From Octopus sinensis (lineage: Eukaryota), in assembly GCF_006345805.1 (NCBI RefSeq), contig NC_043007.1, positions 13,888,001 through 13,952,000 on the forward strand: 64,000 nucleotides of DNA, given 5' to 3'. Under the pieces are notes generated by a model. The model had not been told where the DNA came from. It did no database searches and saw only the letters and a list, made by a program, of their open reading frames with translations. The stretch's first letter is position 1. Each line of letters opens with the position of its first letter. Positions 36,670 to 49,774 of the stretch are shown here, piece after piece. A program made the position numbers and the translations under genes.

Positions 36670-36970
36670 TGATTCCAAGTCCAGTTTCAGTGAGTGGCAC
36701 CTTGGGCAAGTGTCTACTATAGCCCCAGGCCAACCAATGCCTCGTGGGTGGATTTGGTAGAAGGAAACTAAGAAGCTGTGTGTGTATGTTGGTGTTGATC
36801 CCTGTAACTTAGCAGTTTGGCAATAGAGACCAAAAGAATAAGTAACAGTTTCAAATAAAAATTTAAAAAAAAAAACAGTACTAGGGACAGTTCATTTGAC
36901 TAAAAATTCTTCAAGGTGATGTGCTCTAGCATGGCCATATTCTGATATGACTGTACAAGTAAAAGAAAAA
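36670..36970 (+). mobile_element. degenerate family A SINE
   Basis: ggcaccttgggcaagtgtctactatagcc..ctagcatggccat..gactgtacaagtaaaag. Confidence 0.7.
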
Positions 36971-37054
36971 GAAAAAAAAGAAAAGAAAATGCATGAGTGT
37001 GTGTGATGTATGTATAGTGTGTGTGTGTGTGTCTCTGTGTGAATTATACGCAAG

Positions 37055-37289
37055 TTATTTCTTTATTGCCCACAAGGAGCTAAACATAGAGAGGACAAAC
37101 AAGGACAGACAAACGGATTAAGTCGGTTATATCGACCCCAGTGCGTAACTGGTACTTAATTTATCGACCCCGAAAGGATGAAATGTAGAGTCGACCTCGG
37201 CGGAATTTGAACTCAGAACGTAATGCCAGACGAAATACGGCTGCGCATTTCGCCCGGCGTGCTAACGTTTCTGCCAGCTCGCCTGCCTT
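37055..37289 (-). mobile_element. family B SINE, full length
   Basis: reverse complement of the 35518-35751 family. Confidence 0.9.
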
Positions 37290-38169
37290 ATACGTGTAAG
37301 TATGTAGTTACCTGGACGCATGCACCTATGAATGTGTATGAGGATGTGGTACATCAAAGAATTAAGCATGAACAGGTGACAATATTTAAAAAAAAAAACA
37401 TACATAAAACAAAAAAACCTGAGAAAATATCCTAAATATGACATGCAGTGACAATGATGATTGTGGTTATGATGGTGGTGGTGGTGGTGGTGGTGGTAGG
37501 GTGGGGGTGGGGTATCATATTTTGGGCAGTAATACATGTGTTCACCTGCATGTGTAAAGTACTTTCCACTAAACACCCGCCAATATCAGCGGCGCCACCA
37601 CCACCGCCGCCATCACAACAGCTACCAACCAATTCTTCCCCACCCCCGACCCACTGTCTCGCTGTCTCCTTCGCCGTCGCCGCCACTACCGTCACTCTCT
37701 CTTCCTCTCTCTTTCTTTCATTCATTCTCAACCAACTCCCTGCAATCTTCGTTTTTTACATGTCTAACTCCTCAGCTTGGCATTTTGTTTTTGTTTGTTA
37801 ACTTTGCTATCGTTTACCAAGGTTGCTTGCTCCAACGTTAGCACACCCTGCTACCAAAATAGGAGAGATGCAGAAAGTTCTAGAGGCCAGTCCATAGATG
37901 TCGCAGCTATTTCCTTCACGACAGCCACAAGCTTACTCGATCAAGTCTGGCCTGTTAGCTGAACAGCAGTTTTTAGATTTTGCTTCATTTTTTTTTTTTT
38001 GTAAACCAAAACCAAATTCACAAATTAAATAATATTAATGAAAACCAAACAAAAAGTCCCAAAAATAATGACGATGGAATGGTGTTGGCGCTTTCGTGCA
38101 TTCTTACTAAAATCAAGAAGAGTTACTTAGTTTGGTGTGAGACTGACAGATCAAAACTAAAAGACAAGA

Positions 38170-38430
38170 TTTGACTGTTGTTATCGCTAGGCCTAACTCA
38201 TCGTAAAGTCAATACCACCATGACTGACATCCAATCTACAGTGGAGAAGGCACTGGATTTGGTTAAAAAGAGACGATGAGCAATGGCTAGAAGGATATTG
38301 AGTTTAACTTCATAACCAGCTGATCTAGCAAGCAGGGCCTCATATCAATGAGGGGGGCTGGTGCGCATTGATGCCGTCGAGAGGTAGGCCCCGAAACGGC
38401 GCGCATTCTCTCCTGATGACCCCATACACT
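38170..38430 (+). mobile_element. 3' relic of a HERO/NeSL-like non-LTR retrotransposon
   Basis: LLSLGLTHRKVNTTMTDIQSTVEKA then, after a frameshift, WIWLKRDDEQWLEG*, followed by a GC-rich putative 3' UTR; motif recognised from memory. Confidence 0.5.
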
Positions 38431-38848
38431 TGCTGGCTTCCGGTATACGGAGCTTTTGACTAGTAGCACTTGCATGTGCAAGTTGTTTGCAAGACATATT
38501 GATATTAATTTCAGTAATCACAGTAAAACAGAAAGCAACATCCACCTTGGAGTACGAGGCTAGTAATTTTGAGGGGAAGGGTTTAGTTGATATCATTAAC
38601 CCTACAAGTACCTGACTGGTACATATTTATCAATTGCAAAAGTATGAAAGACATAGATGATCCAGGCAGGGTTTGAACTCAGAATGCAATGATTTGAAAG
38701 AAGCTCTACAAGGTATTTTGCCTGATGCTCTGACAATTTTGTCAATTGACTGCCCTCATAATATCTTCTTTATTATTGTCACAGAGGCAATGATAAAGAG
38801 GATTTTAGATGAGCAAGTTCCAAAAAAATGATAGGATTTATATAGAAA

Positions 38849-39250
38849 CTAGCAGTATCACCCGGCATTGCTCGGGTTTGTTTCGACCCTTTAGAATTGA
38901 AATTTTTGAAAAGTAAAAATTTTGCATTATGTAGCTTGTTATTCTCTTTAAGTGAACATTTTTCTGGTTGAAATACACCGAAAAATGGCGACACAGCAGT
39001 CAAAAAATCGTAAAAAACAGGGATTTTCATAGAAAAAAAAAGCACCTTTTTTATGTAAATAATTTTTGATCTTAACATGGTCCAATTTGAATTTTTTCTT
39101 CTACGGAAGGAAGAGCAAGCCTTCTTCTATCATACTCTCAATTTTGGTCAACTTGCGCTGCTGGGTCTTGGAGGAGATAGTGTTAGTTGAAGGCTACCAA
39201 TCCTGCCATACACAGACAACTTCAGCTTTATATATATATATAGAGAGAGA
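38849..39250 (-). mobile_element. non-autonomous Helitron, family 1, intact termini
   Basis: minus strand A|TCTCTCTCTATATA start, cccgagcaatgccggg hairpin, CTAG|T end. Confidence 0.85.
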
Positions 39251-39560
39251 TGAAATAGAATGAAATGAAAAAAATTAATGAGGGGTTGACAGGAAACAAT
39301 AAAATCCTGAAAGAAGGACCTCCAGTCAAGAGCAATTTACAAGCCCCACAAATCCAGGTTAACTTTGACTACAAAATGAACCCTCACCCAGCAATATTTT
39401 TTAACCTACTGGTGCATGTACAAAGGAGACCCATTCACATAAGCCATGCTTGCCAATTTCATATACCTTTCAACTAATTCACTGAACAACACCCTCATCC
39501 CCCCCTCTCGAAGTGAAATTTTAAGGATTTTAAGAGAAATTGGTTGTCTCCCTTCTTTCA

Positions 39561-40003
39561 TACTCTTGCTCTTTACTCTTAGACTTGTTTCAGTCATTTG
39601 ACTGCGGCCATGCTAGAGCACCGCCTTTAATCGAGCAAATCGACCCCAGGACTTATTCTTTGTAAGCCTAGCACTTATTTTATCAGTCTCTTTTGCCATA
39701 CCGCTAAGTTATGGGGACATAAACACACCAACATCGGTTGTAAAATGGTTGGTATCAGAAAGGGTATCTAGCAATAGAAAGAGTTGTCAAGTAATGTTGG
39801 GGGGGGGGGGGACAAACACAGACACAAACATACACACACACACATATTACGGGCTTCTTTCAGTTTCCGTCTACCAAATCCCCTCACAAGGCTTTGGTCA
39901 GCACAAGGCTATAGTAGAAGACACTTGCCCAAGGTGCCACGCAGTGGGATTGAACCTGGAACCATGTGGTTGGTAAGCAAGCTACTTACCACACAGCCAC
40001 ACC
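39561..40003 (-). mobile_element. family A SINE, full length with a short internal insertion
   Basis: head, CORE-like block and tail all present in reverse complement. Confidence 0.85.
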
Positions 40004-40130
40004 AAATGGTAACAAAAAGAAGAAAAAAAAAAGAAAAAAAAAACATATCATTAGTGACCGAACCAGGTACCATGTGGTTTTTCAAGTGAAAAACTAAAAA
40101 ACTGTCTTTCCTATACACCCACTCACAGAT

Positions 40131-40323
40131 ATCATCATCATCATCATCGTTTAATGTCCACTTCCCATACTGGTATAGATTGGACAGTTTGATTGAAAAC
40201 CCGTAAGCCAGGGAGCTGCACCAGGTTCCAGCCTGAGTTGGCAAGGTTTCTACGGAGGGTTCCCTTCCTAATGCCAACCACTCCAAGAGTGTAGTCGATG
40301 CGTTTTATGAGCCACCGGCACGG
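40131..40323 (-). mobile_element. family C element
   Basis: (CAT)n tail then cgtttaatgtccacttcccat..cccttcctaatgccaacc. Confidence 0.75.
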
Positions 40324-40594
40324 CGGGGATAGGAAATAAAACACCAACAAATCATGAAATAATAAATGTTTCAAACAAACAAAGAATTCTGATTCCGATT
40401 ATTTGAAGAAATCTACCATTGAGATTTGTACTTTAAGCATTTCACTAAAAGTGCAAAATTCATAATAAGTAGATATTCAAATCGATTCATACTTATAAAA
40501 CCAAATCAGCTAAGATATGATCAAAGGAGAAGAAATATTAAATGAAATATTTTCTTTTAATGTTTATTATATTTATATTCTTATGAAGATGGTG

Positions 40595-40985
40595 AGATGG
40601 CAGAATTGTTATTAGCAAGCTGGACAAAACATTTTCTGGAATTTTATGCATGTTTATGTCCTGGGTTCAAATTCTGCAGAGGTTGATTTTTTTAGCCTTT
40701 ATCTGTTTGAGGGCGATAAAATAGATACCAGTTGAGTACTGGGGGTTGGTGTAACTGATTAGTCCACATCCTTAAAAAACTCCAGGCATTGTGCATATAG
40801 TAAGAAAGGATTATTATCATTATTATTAAATTTTGTCTGCCGCTACGTTCTGAGCTCAAATTCTACGAGATTGACTTTGCCTTTCATCCCTCTGGGGGTC
40901 ATAAAATAATTACAAGTCAAGAAGTGGGGCCAATGTAATCGACTGGTCCCTCTCCCTTAAAAAATGTCAGGCCTTGAGCCTATAG
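40595..40985 (+). mobile_element. two tandem degenerate family B SINEs
   Basis: gttcaaattc B-boxes near 40665 and 40855, each followed by a gcctt..gataaaa-like core. Confidence 0.65.
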
Positions 40986-40999
40986 AAAGATTATATATA

Positions 41000-41045
<46 letters not shown>

Positions 41046-41049
<4 letters not shown>

Positions 41050-41245
41050 ATAAAAATGGTAAGACAACAAAAGAAAGAAAGAGACCTCGATATTATGTAA
41101 ATAAAGGAATTTATCTGTACATGTAATATGTGACAATTAATCTGATAACTGAAGAGATGGTGGAGTGGATTTCCACCTAGGCATCCGAAACTCGGAGTTT
41201 TATCATGGCTACTGAATAACTGTCACATACTACATTTACAGATAT
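41046..41245 (+). mobile_element. (TA)n-flanked Penelope-like element, same family as 3807-4060, most of the left inverted arm absent
   Basis: shares aaaagaaagaaagagacctcgatattatgtaaata and the whole right part with 3807-4060. Confidence 0.7.
41143..41205 (+). ncRNA. type I hammerhead ribozyme-like motif, best-preserved copy
   Basis: stem I TGATAA/TTATCA, core CTGAAGA (41149-41155), stem II GATG/CATC plus GGTGGA/TCCACC, GAAA (41187-41190), stem III ACTC-G-GAGT, predicted GUU cleavage after 41199. Confidence 0.7.
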
Positions 41246-41252
41246 CTATATC

Positions 41253-41284
<32 letters not shown>

Positions 41285-41310
41285 ATATATATATAATATA
41301 TATATATATA

Positions 41311-41445
41311 ATCATCAAATGTCTGTTTTCCATGCTGGCATGGGTGGATGGTTTGGAAGACGACTGCACCAGGCTTCACTGTCTATTTAGACATGGTTTC
41401 TACAGCAGGATGCTCTTCCTAACACCAACCATCTTATAGAGTGGA
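41311..41445 (-). mobile_element. family C element 3' part
   Basis: atcatcaaatgtctgttttccatgctggcatggg..tttctacagcaggatgctcttcctaac. Confidence 0.7.
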
Positions 41446-42180
41446 CTCCGTACGTATGTATGTATGTATATATATATATAATGTGTGTGTGTGTGTGTGT
41501 GTATATACACACACACATTCCTTTATATGTTTTAGCCCAAAGGCTGTGGCCATAATGGAGCAGGAACCTAAAAATAACAACGTGTATGTGACTATAGAAA
41601 AATAACCTTTTCTTTTTGTGTTTTCCTGGTTTTCTCTCCAGCCAATCATTAATATACAAGGTATCACCCACACAAAACTGTTCTGCTCTCTGAAAGGACA
41701 ACCACAGTGTTTTCATTGTGTGTTGGATATGACCAATAAATTTGAGTCAGCGTGAGTGCAGGTTATGTATATATGGGTGCAGCCCAACTGCTTTACCTCA
41801 GTGCACACACAAGGCAAACACACTAAATCATGGGATTGCCAAGGAAGACCTCAACTGAGTCAGCTGACTGGCTTGGGGCTGGGGGGGGGGGCCAAATATA
41901 TATATGTTGAATAATATAGACTTACAATATGTCTGAAATAATAATAAAAAAAAAAAAAAGATATAGATTGTTGGTCACAGCTGGTTTGCCTTTGATCTTA
42001 AGTTAATGGCATGAAAGCTGACCTAAGTAGAACTATTAACCTAAACGCACCACAGCTAGTACAATCACTAACCAGTGCCATTATACAAAAGTAATGAATT
42101 CATTTATGGAGGAGGAAGAATCTACCAGTTTAAGGAGAGTTCTTCCATTTCATGATTTTTTTATTTAATAATTCCAATAT

Positions 42181-42553
42181 ACTCTCTTCTACTTGTTTCA
42201 GTCATTTGACTGCGGCCATGCTGGAGCACCGCCTTTAGTCGAGCAAATCGACGCCAGGACTTATTCTTTGTAAGCCTAGTACTTATTCCATCGGTCTCTT
42301 TTGCCGAACCACTAAGTTACAGGAATGTAAACACACCACCATCCGTTGTCAAGCGATGCTGGGGGAACAAACACAGACACACAAACATATACACACATAT
42401 ACATATATACATATATACGACGGGCTTCTTTCAGTTTCTGTCTACCAAATCCATTCACAAGGCTTTGGTCGGCCAGAGGCTATAGAAGAAAACACTTGCC
42501 CAAGGTGCCACGCAGTGGGACTGAACCCAGAACCATGTGGTTGGTAAGCAAGC
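42181..42553 (-). mobile_element. family A SINE, near full length
   Basis: as for 19199-19605. Confidence 0.85.
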
Positions 42554-43529
42554 CATTTTTTTAAGACAAGAGCGAAATAATCCGTTGAAATTACTCTATC
42601 CAGTTTCAACACCCACATATACACAAGGCGATTCTTTTTTTTTTTTTCTATTTTAGAATTAAGAATAGGACAAGAATAAAATTTTGGTTAAAAAAAAAGA
42701 GATTTTTTTTTTTTAATTAAGAATTGGACACGTGGAAGATTTTGGTAAAACACAAAAAGGTTAAAGAAATGTTTTGCTTTTTTTCGTTTTTCTTTTAATT
42801 TAAGAATGGGACAAACCTTCTGTAAGCAGCTAAGGTTTTCGTTTACAATTTTGAATCGCAACATTAGAATTTTCACATAGAACTTCTGTTCTTCTTCATG
42901 TCATTAACACACACACACACACACCCTTATGTCACAAGACAGTAGTGAGAATATATATTATATAAGTGTGTATGTATGTGTGTGTGTTTAGATATGTATG
43001 TGTGTAGTATGGCTCTGTTGGTGTGTTTGCAGGGAGATGGCAGCGTGGAGCACACACGAGAGAAGGTAGGTTGACATATGGGGATTGAAAAGTATCCTGC
43101 ATAGCAGTCAGTCCATTGCTTGCATAACAGAAACACGCCTTAAAGTAATCTACATACATATAGGACAAAACAAAACCGAAGCTGGCCCCTCTACTTCCAT
43201 ATAAATCTCTCACACTAACCCAGTCTCTCTCACACACACACATTATGCTTACATGTGTGTGTGTGCTATTTTTCTCGGCCCAAAAAGTGACGTGCCAGGC
43301 TAACAGGAATATGACCTTTGCTTATCTGAAATTATACAAGCTTGTGTAACCCCCGAAGGCGTGACCTGCCTAGCTAAATCCTCTCTATATAACCATTATA
43401 TGTCTGTCTGGGGGCCTTAGAGTTGGGTCAGGTGTTTTGTCGTTTCGTATGAGTCATTAATATAGACGCATGGACCACGGAGACAACAAAGCATACACAC
43501 ACATACGAATGTGTGCGTGTATGTATATG

Positions 43530-43570
<41 letters not shown>

Positions 43571-44522
43571 TATTTACACGTCTTATTTATTGACGTACAA
43601 ATTCATAAAACGCATTTCAAAGTGCGTGTATACACACACACACACACACAGAAGTACCATATACACACAAATTTATCCATTCATATACATATTTGCCCAT
43701 GCATATACACACACACACACGCACGCACGCTCTCGCGAACGTGCATGGAGGAGCGTGTAAATTAATTTCAATTACGATTCATTGTTACAACCACTTTTAC
43801 ATGAAGACACACACACACACACACAGATAAAGATGAACCCCACGAGCTCCCGTTTTTCTCTCCACACTGGACTTAAAAAACACTGTAACACGAAAAATTA
43901 TTTCAACTCAAATTTAACAAACTCCCATACATGACCCAACATTACCATTTCTGCTACTCCGAGAAATCTGAACCCACTATTATTATTATCATTATTATTA
44001 TTATTATTAAAAATATTCAGTTTAGAACCACTATTTTTTGTTGTTAATTGCCTGAAGATGGATAGGCACAATCACGTTTTCAATTGACCTCTTCATAAAT
44101 CGGAGTGTTCGTGCTTGGAAGTAAATTTCAGAGACACCACCACATTTATGATCAACAATAAAGTAACCACAAGGTAGCCGATCCCGGAGAGGGCTTTAAA
44201 ATTACAGCCACACACACACACACACACAGAGCATTCGTAGAAACACACACACACACATATATACAAATGGTTTTATGTTGACAAACCAAATAGGCAAAAA
44301 TACTCAAATACAAAAAAATCTTTATTAGAAACCACAGCTATACAAACACACACACACAATCTTTTTACTTGTTTCAGTCATTAGACCGCGACCACGCTGG
44401 AGCAACCGCCATGAAATATACATGTACATACATACATACATACATACGCATATTCCCGCGTGTTTTGTTCGTTAGAACAAGCACTACTGATTACAAAGTA
44501 AGATTCTCAACACTTTAGGAAG

Positions 44523-44556
<34 letters not shown>

Positions 44557-44907
44557 TGTTCAAATTGTAAACAGATTGAGTGAAATGGAAGAGGGTACAC
44601 ACACACACACACGCAAAAGCCTGGATGCAACTGACAGTGGTCGTCGGTCGGTCTCTGGCAAGGCAGATTTTCCACAACTGCTATAATACTTTGCCACCAA
44701 CACCTCTATCTCTTAATACATACACTATCTACGTTTCTAGCACTGTTATTTCCTGCTTAATTGACGACGATCTATTTATTTTCTAGTTTCATTCGTCCTC
44801 TCTCACACGTTATTATTATCATTATTATTATTATTTTCTATTTCAATCATCTATCTATCTATCTATCAATCAAATTTTCTGATTCGGTCCTAATCACCGC
44901 ATCACAC

Positions 44908-44948
<41 letters not shown>

Positions 44949-45062
44949 ACACACAACAACCACACAAGAGTGAGTAAAGTAATTCACAGCTGGGACGACA
45001 CTTCTTGTAGTCTTCCTGTTTATGAGAGGAAACGATTTTGAAAAAGAGAGTGAGAGAGAGAA

Positions 45063-45673
45063 AGAGCTATTGAATAGGTGAAAGCAAAGTTTCCTTGCTG
45101 AGATCTTTAAAATAGAATCTTTGGAAATCTGGCCTCATATATATACATATATATATATACACACATACATATATATATACACACATACATACACCATAAA
45201 GAGAGAGAGAGAGAGAGAGAGCTATTGAATAAGTGAAAGCAAAGTTTCCTTGCTGAGATCTTTAAAATAAAATCTTTGGAAATTTGGTCTCATATATACA
45301 CACACACACACACACCACACACACACATACATACATACATACATACACCATAAAGAGAGAGAGAGAGAGAGAAGAGAGAGAAAGAGCTATTGAATAGGTG
45401 AAAGCAAAGTTTCCTTGCTGAGATCTTTAAAATAGAATCTTTGGAAATCTGGCCTCATATATATACATATATATATATACACACACATACATACACCATA
45501 AAGAGAGAGAGAGAGAACGAGAAAGACAGTGAGAGAGAGAGAGAGCTATTGAATAAGTGAAAGCAAAGTTTCCTTGCTGAGATCTTTAAAATAAAATCTT
45601 TGGAAATTTGGTCTCATATATACACACACACACCACACACATATATATACACACACATACATACATACACCAT

Positions 45674-45769
<96 letters not shown>
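45063..45769. repeat. four 155-165-bp tandem units with ABAB alternation and embedded microsatellites
   Basis: gctattgaat at 45066, 45221, 45386, 45545; variants taggtg/tagaatc/tctggcc versus taagtg/taaaatc/tttggtc. Confidence 0.95.
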
Positions 45770-45772
<3 letters not shown>

Positions 45773-47228
45773 GTATTGGAGAATAGTACATATGAGAAAT
45801 CACCGAACGTGTGTGTGTGTGTGTGTGACAGAGTGAATGAGAGACAAAGTGCTAAACAGACGAACGAAAGTAATGAAAGAAAGACGGAAAAAAGCAAGAG
45901 AGAGAGAGATAGAGAATTAGTGGAATACGATCACAGCTGATCATATTTTTCGGTGTCTCCTATCATAGCATAAACATCTCTATTTCGGTATTAATATTAT
46001 TCCAAAATCAAGCTCGATTCTGTTCCACTTTTACTGTTCCTTATTCCGATGCTCAGCTCACCAAAAAGGCATGAATGAATGCCCCGTAGTCATCGTCCAG
46101 TTATACAAACGAGAATCATTATTATTATTATCGTCGTCGTCGGCATCACCATAGACGTTAGTGTATGACAAAATAATACCAGTAATATACTGTGACCGAT
46201 CTTTAAAAAAAAAAAAACCCCAAAAAAAACCCGGCGCTGTATCTAATCGAAAAGGGTGACATTATGATCATTGCGTTGGGTGTGACGGTGGTAAGCACTT
46301 GGCGAACCGAATATACGACCCAATTGCAAGTTTTAAAGCAATGTCATATTCAAGGAAAGGCATGAACATCATCACTTCTAAAATACTCGAACCACTGCAC
46401 GACTGTAACAGTGTTGTCATGCTAGAAATAGCAGTTAGACTTTCGTCAAATGCTAGGGTTTATCTCATGTATAGAAACAGAGATATACATCAGATAATGT
46501 AGGCCTATATATATATATCTATATATACAATGTATGACACGTCTGTGACTACAGGTCTATTCGAAACAGCCACAGTGTTTCATCATTGAATCTACAGCAA
46601 ATACGACTGCTCCAACGTCCTTTCTTCCACATCACCCACTTTTCGAGTCAAAGAGGGAGTCTTTTATAAGATCAATCGACCCGGCAGAAATAACAGCCAA
46701 GTCTCTCCATCAAATAAGGTCACATTGCATAACGTAGACCTAAATATATATATATATAGAACGATGGGATGGTTACGGTTAGAACTCATTTGGATTTGCT
46801 TTCATTACACGTCCACACTATTCAAGGTTGATTCGGGAAGTAAACAATATTTATTTGATGGTCAGAAATTGAGAAAGCTACTTGAAAAATCACAAGTCAT
46901 GAGAGGGGTAAAAAAAACAAAAAGGAAGGATGCACTTTAAAACGACAGGATGGTCGTGACTGGAACGCTTCTTGGTCACATGTTGTTAGCTCTATTAAGG
47001 TTGACCGAGGACTTTAAACACCACCACCACCACCGCTGCTGCCAAAGTAGCAGTTACCAATACTACTACTACCACCGCAACCACCACCACCACTGCTGCT
47101 GCTGATAACTATCACCACGACGACGACTACGACGGCCAACAAACCTTGTCCAAAATTTAAAGCTTGTTCTTGCTTTAGCCTGACCTGACTGAGGCCATTG
47201 TATCACAACAGTGGACACACAGACACAC

Positions 47229-47286
<58 letters not shown>

Positions 47287-47830
47287 GGAAAACAGTGTCA
47301 AACATTAGGCTGACAAATTCATCGTGGTCAGGCAGAGAGAGAGAGAGAGAGAGAGAGAAAGAGTCAAGGCGGAAAGAGTGAGAGAGAAAAGGAGGAAGAA
47401 GAAGAAATGAAGAGATGTGTGTGTGTGTATGAATGAGGAAAGAAAGAGGAAGGAAGGTGGAGATTGATAGAATAAGCAGCCAAGCAAAACAAACATACGG
47501 AATATAATAACAAAAAGGTAACAACCTAGCAATAAATGTGTGTGTGTGTGTATGTGCGGCGACCATGTGGTTTATATATATATATATATATGTGTAGATA
47601 TATATGTGTGTGTGTGTGTGTGTGTGTATGAAGTATGTATACACACACGTGTGTATAGAGTGGACAGTTGTATGTGTGGTGTGGAAGAAATGGAGAGTAG
47701 AAAGAAGAGAGAGAGATGAGGCATTCAGAAGAGGAGAAAGGGAGGAGGAGGAGGAAACGACCCACACAAAAAGTCTAAAATGTGAGAGAAGAGAAGGGAC
47801 GAAGATAAACAGGAAATACATGAGTATTTA

Positions 47831-47845
47831 AACATGGCGGTGAGG
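47831..47845. promoter_or_regulatory. YY1-consensus site (CCGCCATGTT on minus); on plus a possible ATGGCG|gtgagg start plus donor
   Basis: sequence aacatggcggtgagg inside a CpG-retaining domain; a single motif match only. Confidence 0.25.
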
Positions 47846-48089
47846 TGAGGGCAGAAGAGAAAGAGAGAGAGATAAAGAGACAAGGAACAGAGGGAGAGAA
47901 AGATAGAGAGGTAGAGCCCAGAGAGAGAGGAGGGGAACGAGAGAGATAGATAGATAGATAGAGATAGAGCCAGAGAGAGAGAGAGAGGAGAGGTCATTGA
48001 GAGAATTAATGTAAAATTGAAAGCCGTACAGATATACATCTATCTATCTATCTGTATGTATGTAAGGAAGATTTTTGTAATTTAACTCC

Positions 48090-48285
48090 CAGGTCGGAAC
48101 CGAACGAACGACAAGGCATTCTTCCTTCCAGACGTGACCATCTCGTCTTTTTCCACACAGAAACAAGCACAGATCATATTATTATCCGGTGTGTTTTTCT
48201 GAAGACAAGCTTGTGTGGTTGGTGTGTGGGGGTGATTCGAGGGAGGTCATTTGGCTGTTGTTTCTAGCAGGTCGAATGGCCACAT
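48090..48285 (-). mobile_element. family G SINE
   Basis: cttccagacgtgaccatctcgtc and gtgattcgagggaggtcatttggctgttgtttctagcaggtcga. Confidence 0.6.
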
Positions 48286-49239
48286 AGAAAGAAAGAAGCA
48301 AGCTTCCCCCGTGAGGTTCCTTGTAGAAAGAGAGGGAGAGGGATAGAGAGAGGGAAAATAAGGAATGTGTGACGTTGGCACCTTTTTCTAAAATGGTCAG
48401 CAAGAAATAGAGAGAAAGAGGAAGTGGAAGAGAAATGAAATTTGGTAATAAACAAGTACGGAAAAAAAGAAATTATCTATATTCAGCAACTTGTACTTTC
48501 TTCCCATTTTCGAAAATGGAATAACATATATACAAACACACACACACACACACACACACAGAATCGTCGTGTGAGTGGGAGAACTGGCGCGCGTGTGCGT
48601 GCTTGTGTGTGTGTCTGTGTGTGAGTGTGTGTGTGTTAACATAGAGGTAGAAGAGGAGGAAATAGATAGAGATCAGTGCAGCTGACATTTATTATATTTA
48701 AAATATGGTCAAGAAAGGAATCATTTTATATAGACAAATAAATATATATATATATATATATATTCAAATGCACGCACACGTATACGTGTAAATTAACCTC
48801 CACACACACACACATAGATATATATACACACATGCATACATACATTCATACATGCAACGCACTCGCTTCATTCAACACGAGCGATACGACCAGCATCTTT
48901 AAGGATGTTGTCACATCTCTCTCTCTCTCTCTCTCCATATACATACATATACGTATATAGACCGCACGCGTGTTAAGGCCAAAAAATAATCAATATTCAA
49001 ACCAGTTTTCTAAAAATCTAAAATTCTTCAGCCTGTTTCTACTGTGACAGTAGCAGGCTTGTAAAATGTTCAGTTTGAGAAAAAGATGGTGGTGACGGAG
49101 GGGAGGCACGTTTTGAATTTGAGGGCTAGCAGAGCAGAATTGGCAATAGCTTGTAGACAATAATAAAAGAGTTGATTGTAAGGTAGGCAGGAAAGAACAG
49201 AACCGAACCGAAGCTTTTTAAACTTGTTTAGAAGATTTC

Positions 49240-49270
<31 letters not shown>

Positions 49271-49458
49271 AGAAAATTTATTTAGTTTTTTTTTTTTTTC
49301 CACTTGTTTCTTTCAATTTTCTTTCTCTTTTACTTTTCAAAAACATAAAATTGGACAATTAACAACCAGTTGTTTTTGCATTTATGTACTTTTACCATTA
49401 TTTTCGCGCATATATCCATAAACGCCATGTGCATAGAGTGCGCGGTATACACACGCAT

Positions 49459-49494
<36 letters not shown>

Positions 49495-49774
49495 TATACA
49501 TATACATACAATGAATGGTATATATTTTAAAGCAGGGATACGTAGTACATATCTATGTGTGTATTGTGTTTTCCCTCCTATTATTATGTAACGTCCACAC
49601 GTCCGTCGCCCTTGTGGCAAATAGAGAAATGATTATGGATTAAAAACGTATTAAAATATTTTCTTTTAAATATAAATTATAAAATCATTATTATTAAAAA
49701 TTTATAACTATTCACCACCGGTGAATAGTAAGACACTCATACACACGCACACAAGGCGAGAGACATTGTGGAGA

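Noticed and set aside
39265-39560. 70-aa ORF as a Penelope GIY-YIG fragment
   Set aside because: No GIY/YIG or RT motif could be read in any frame
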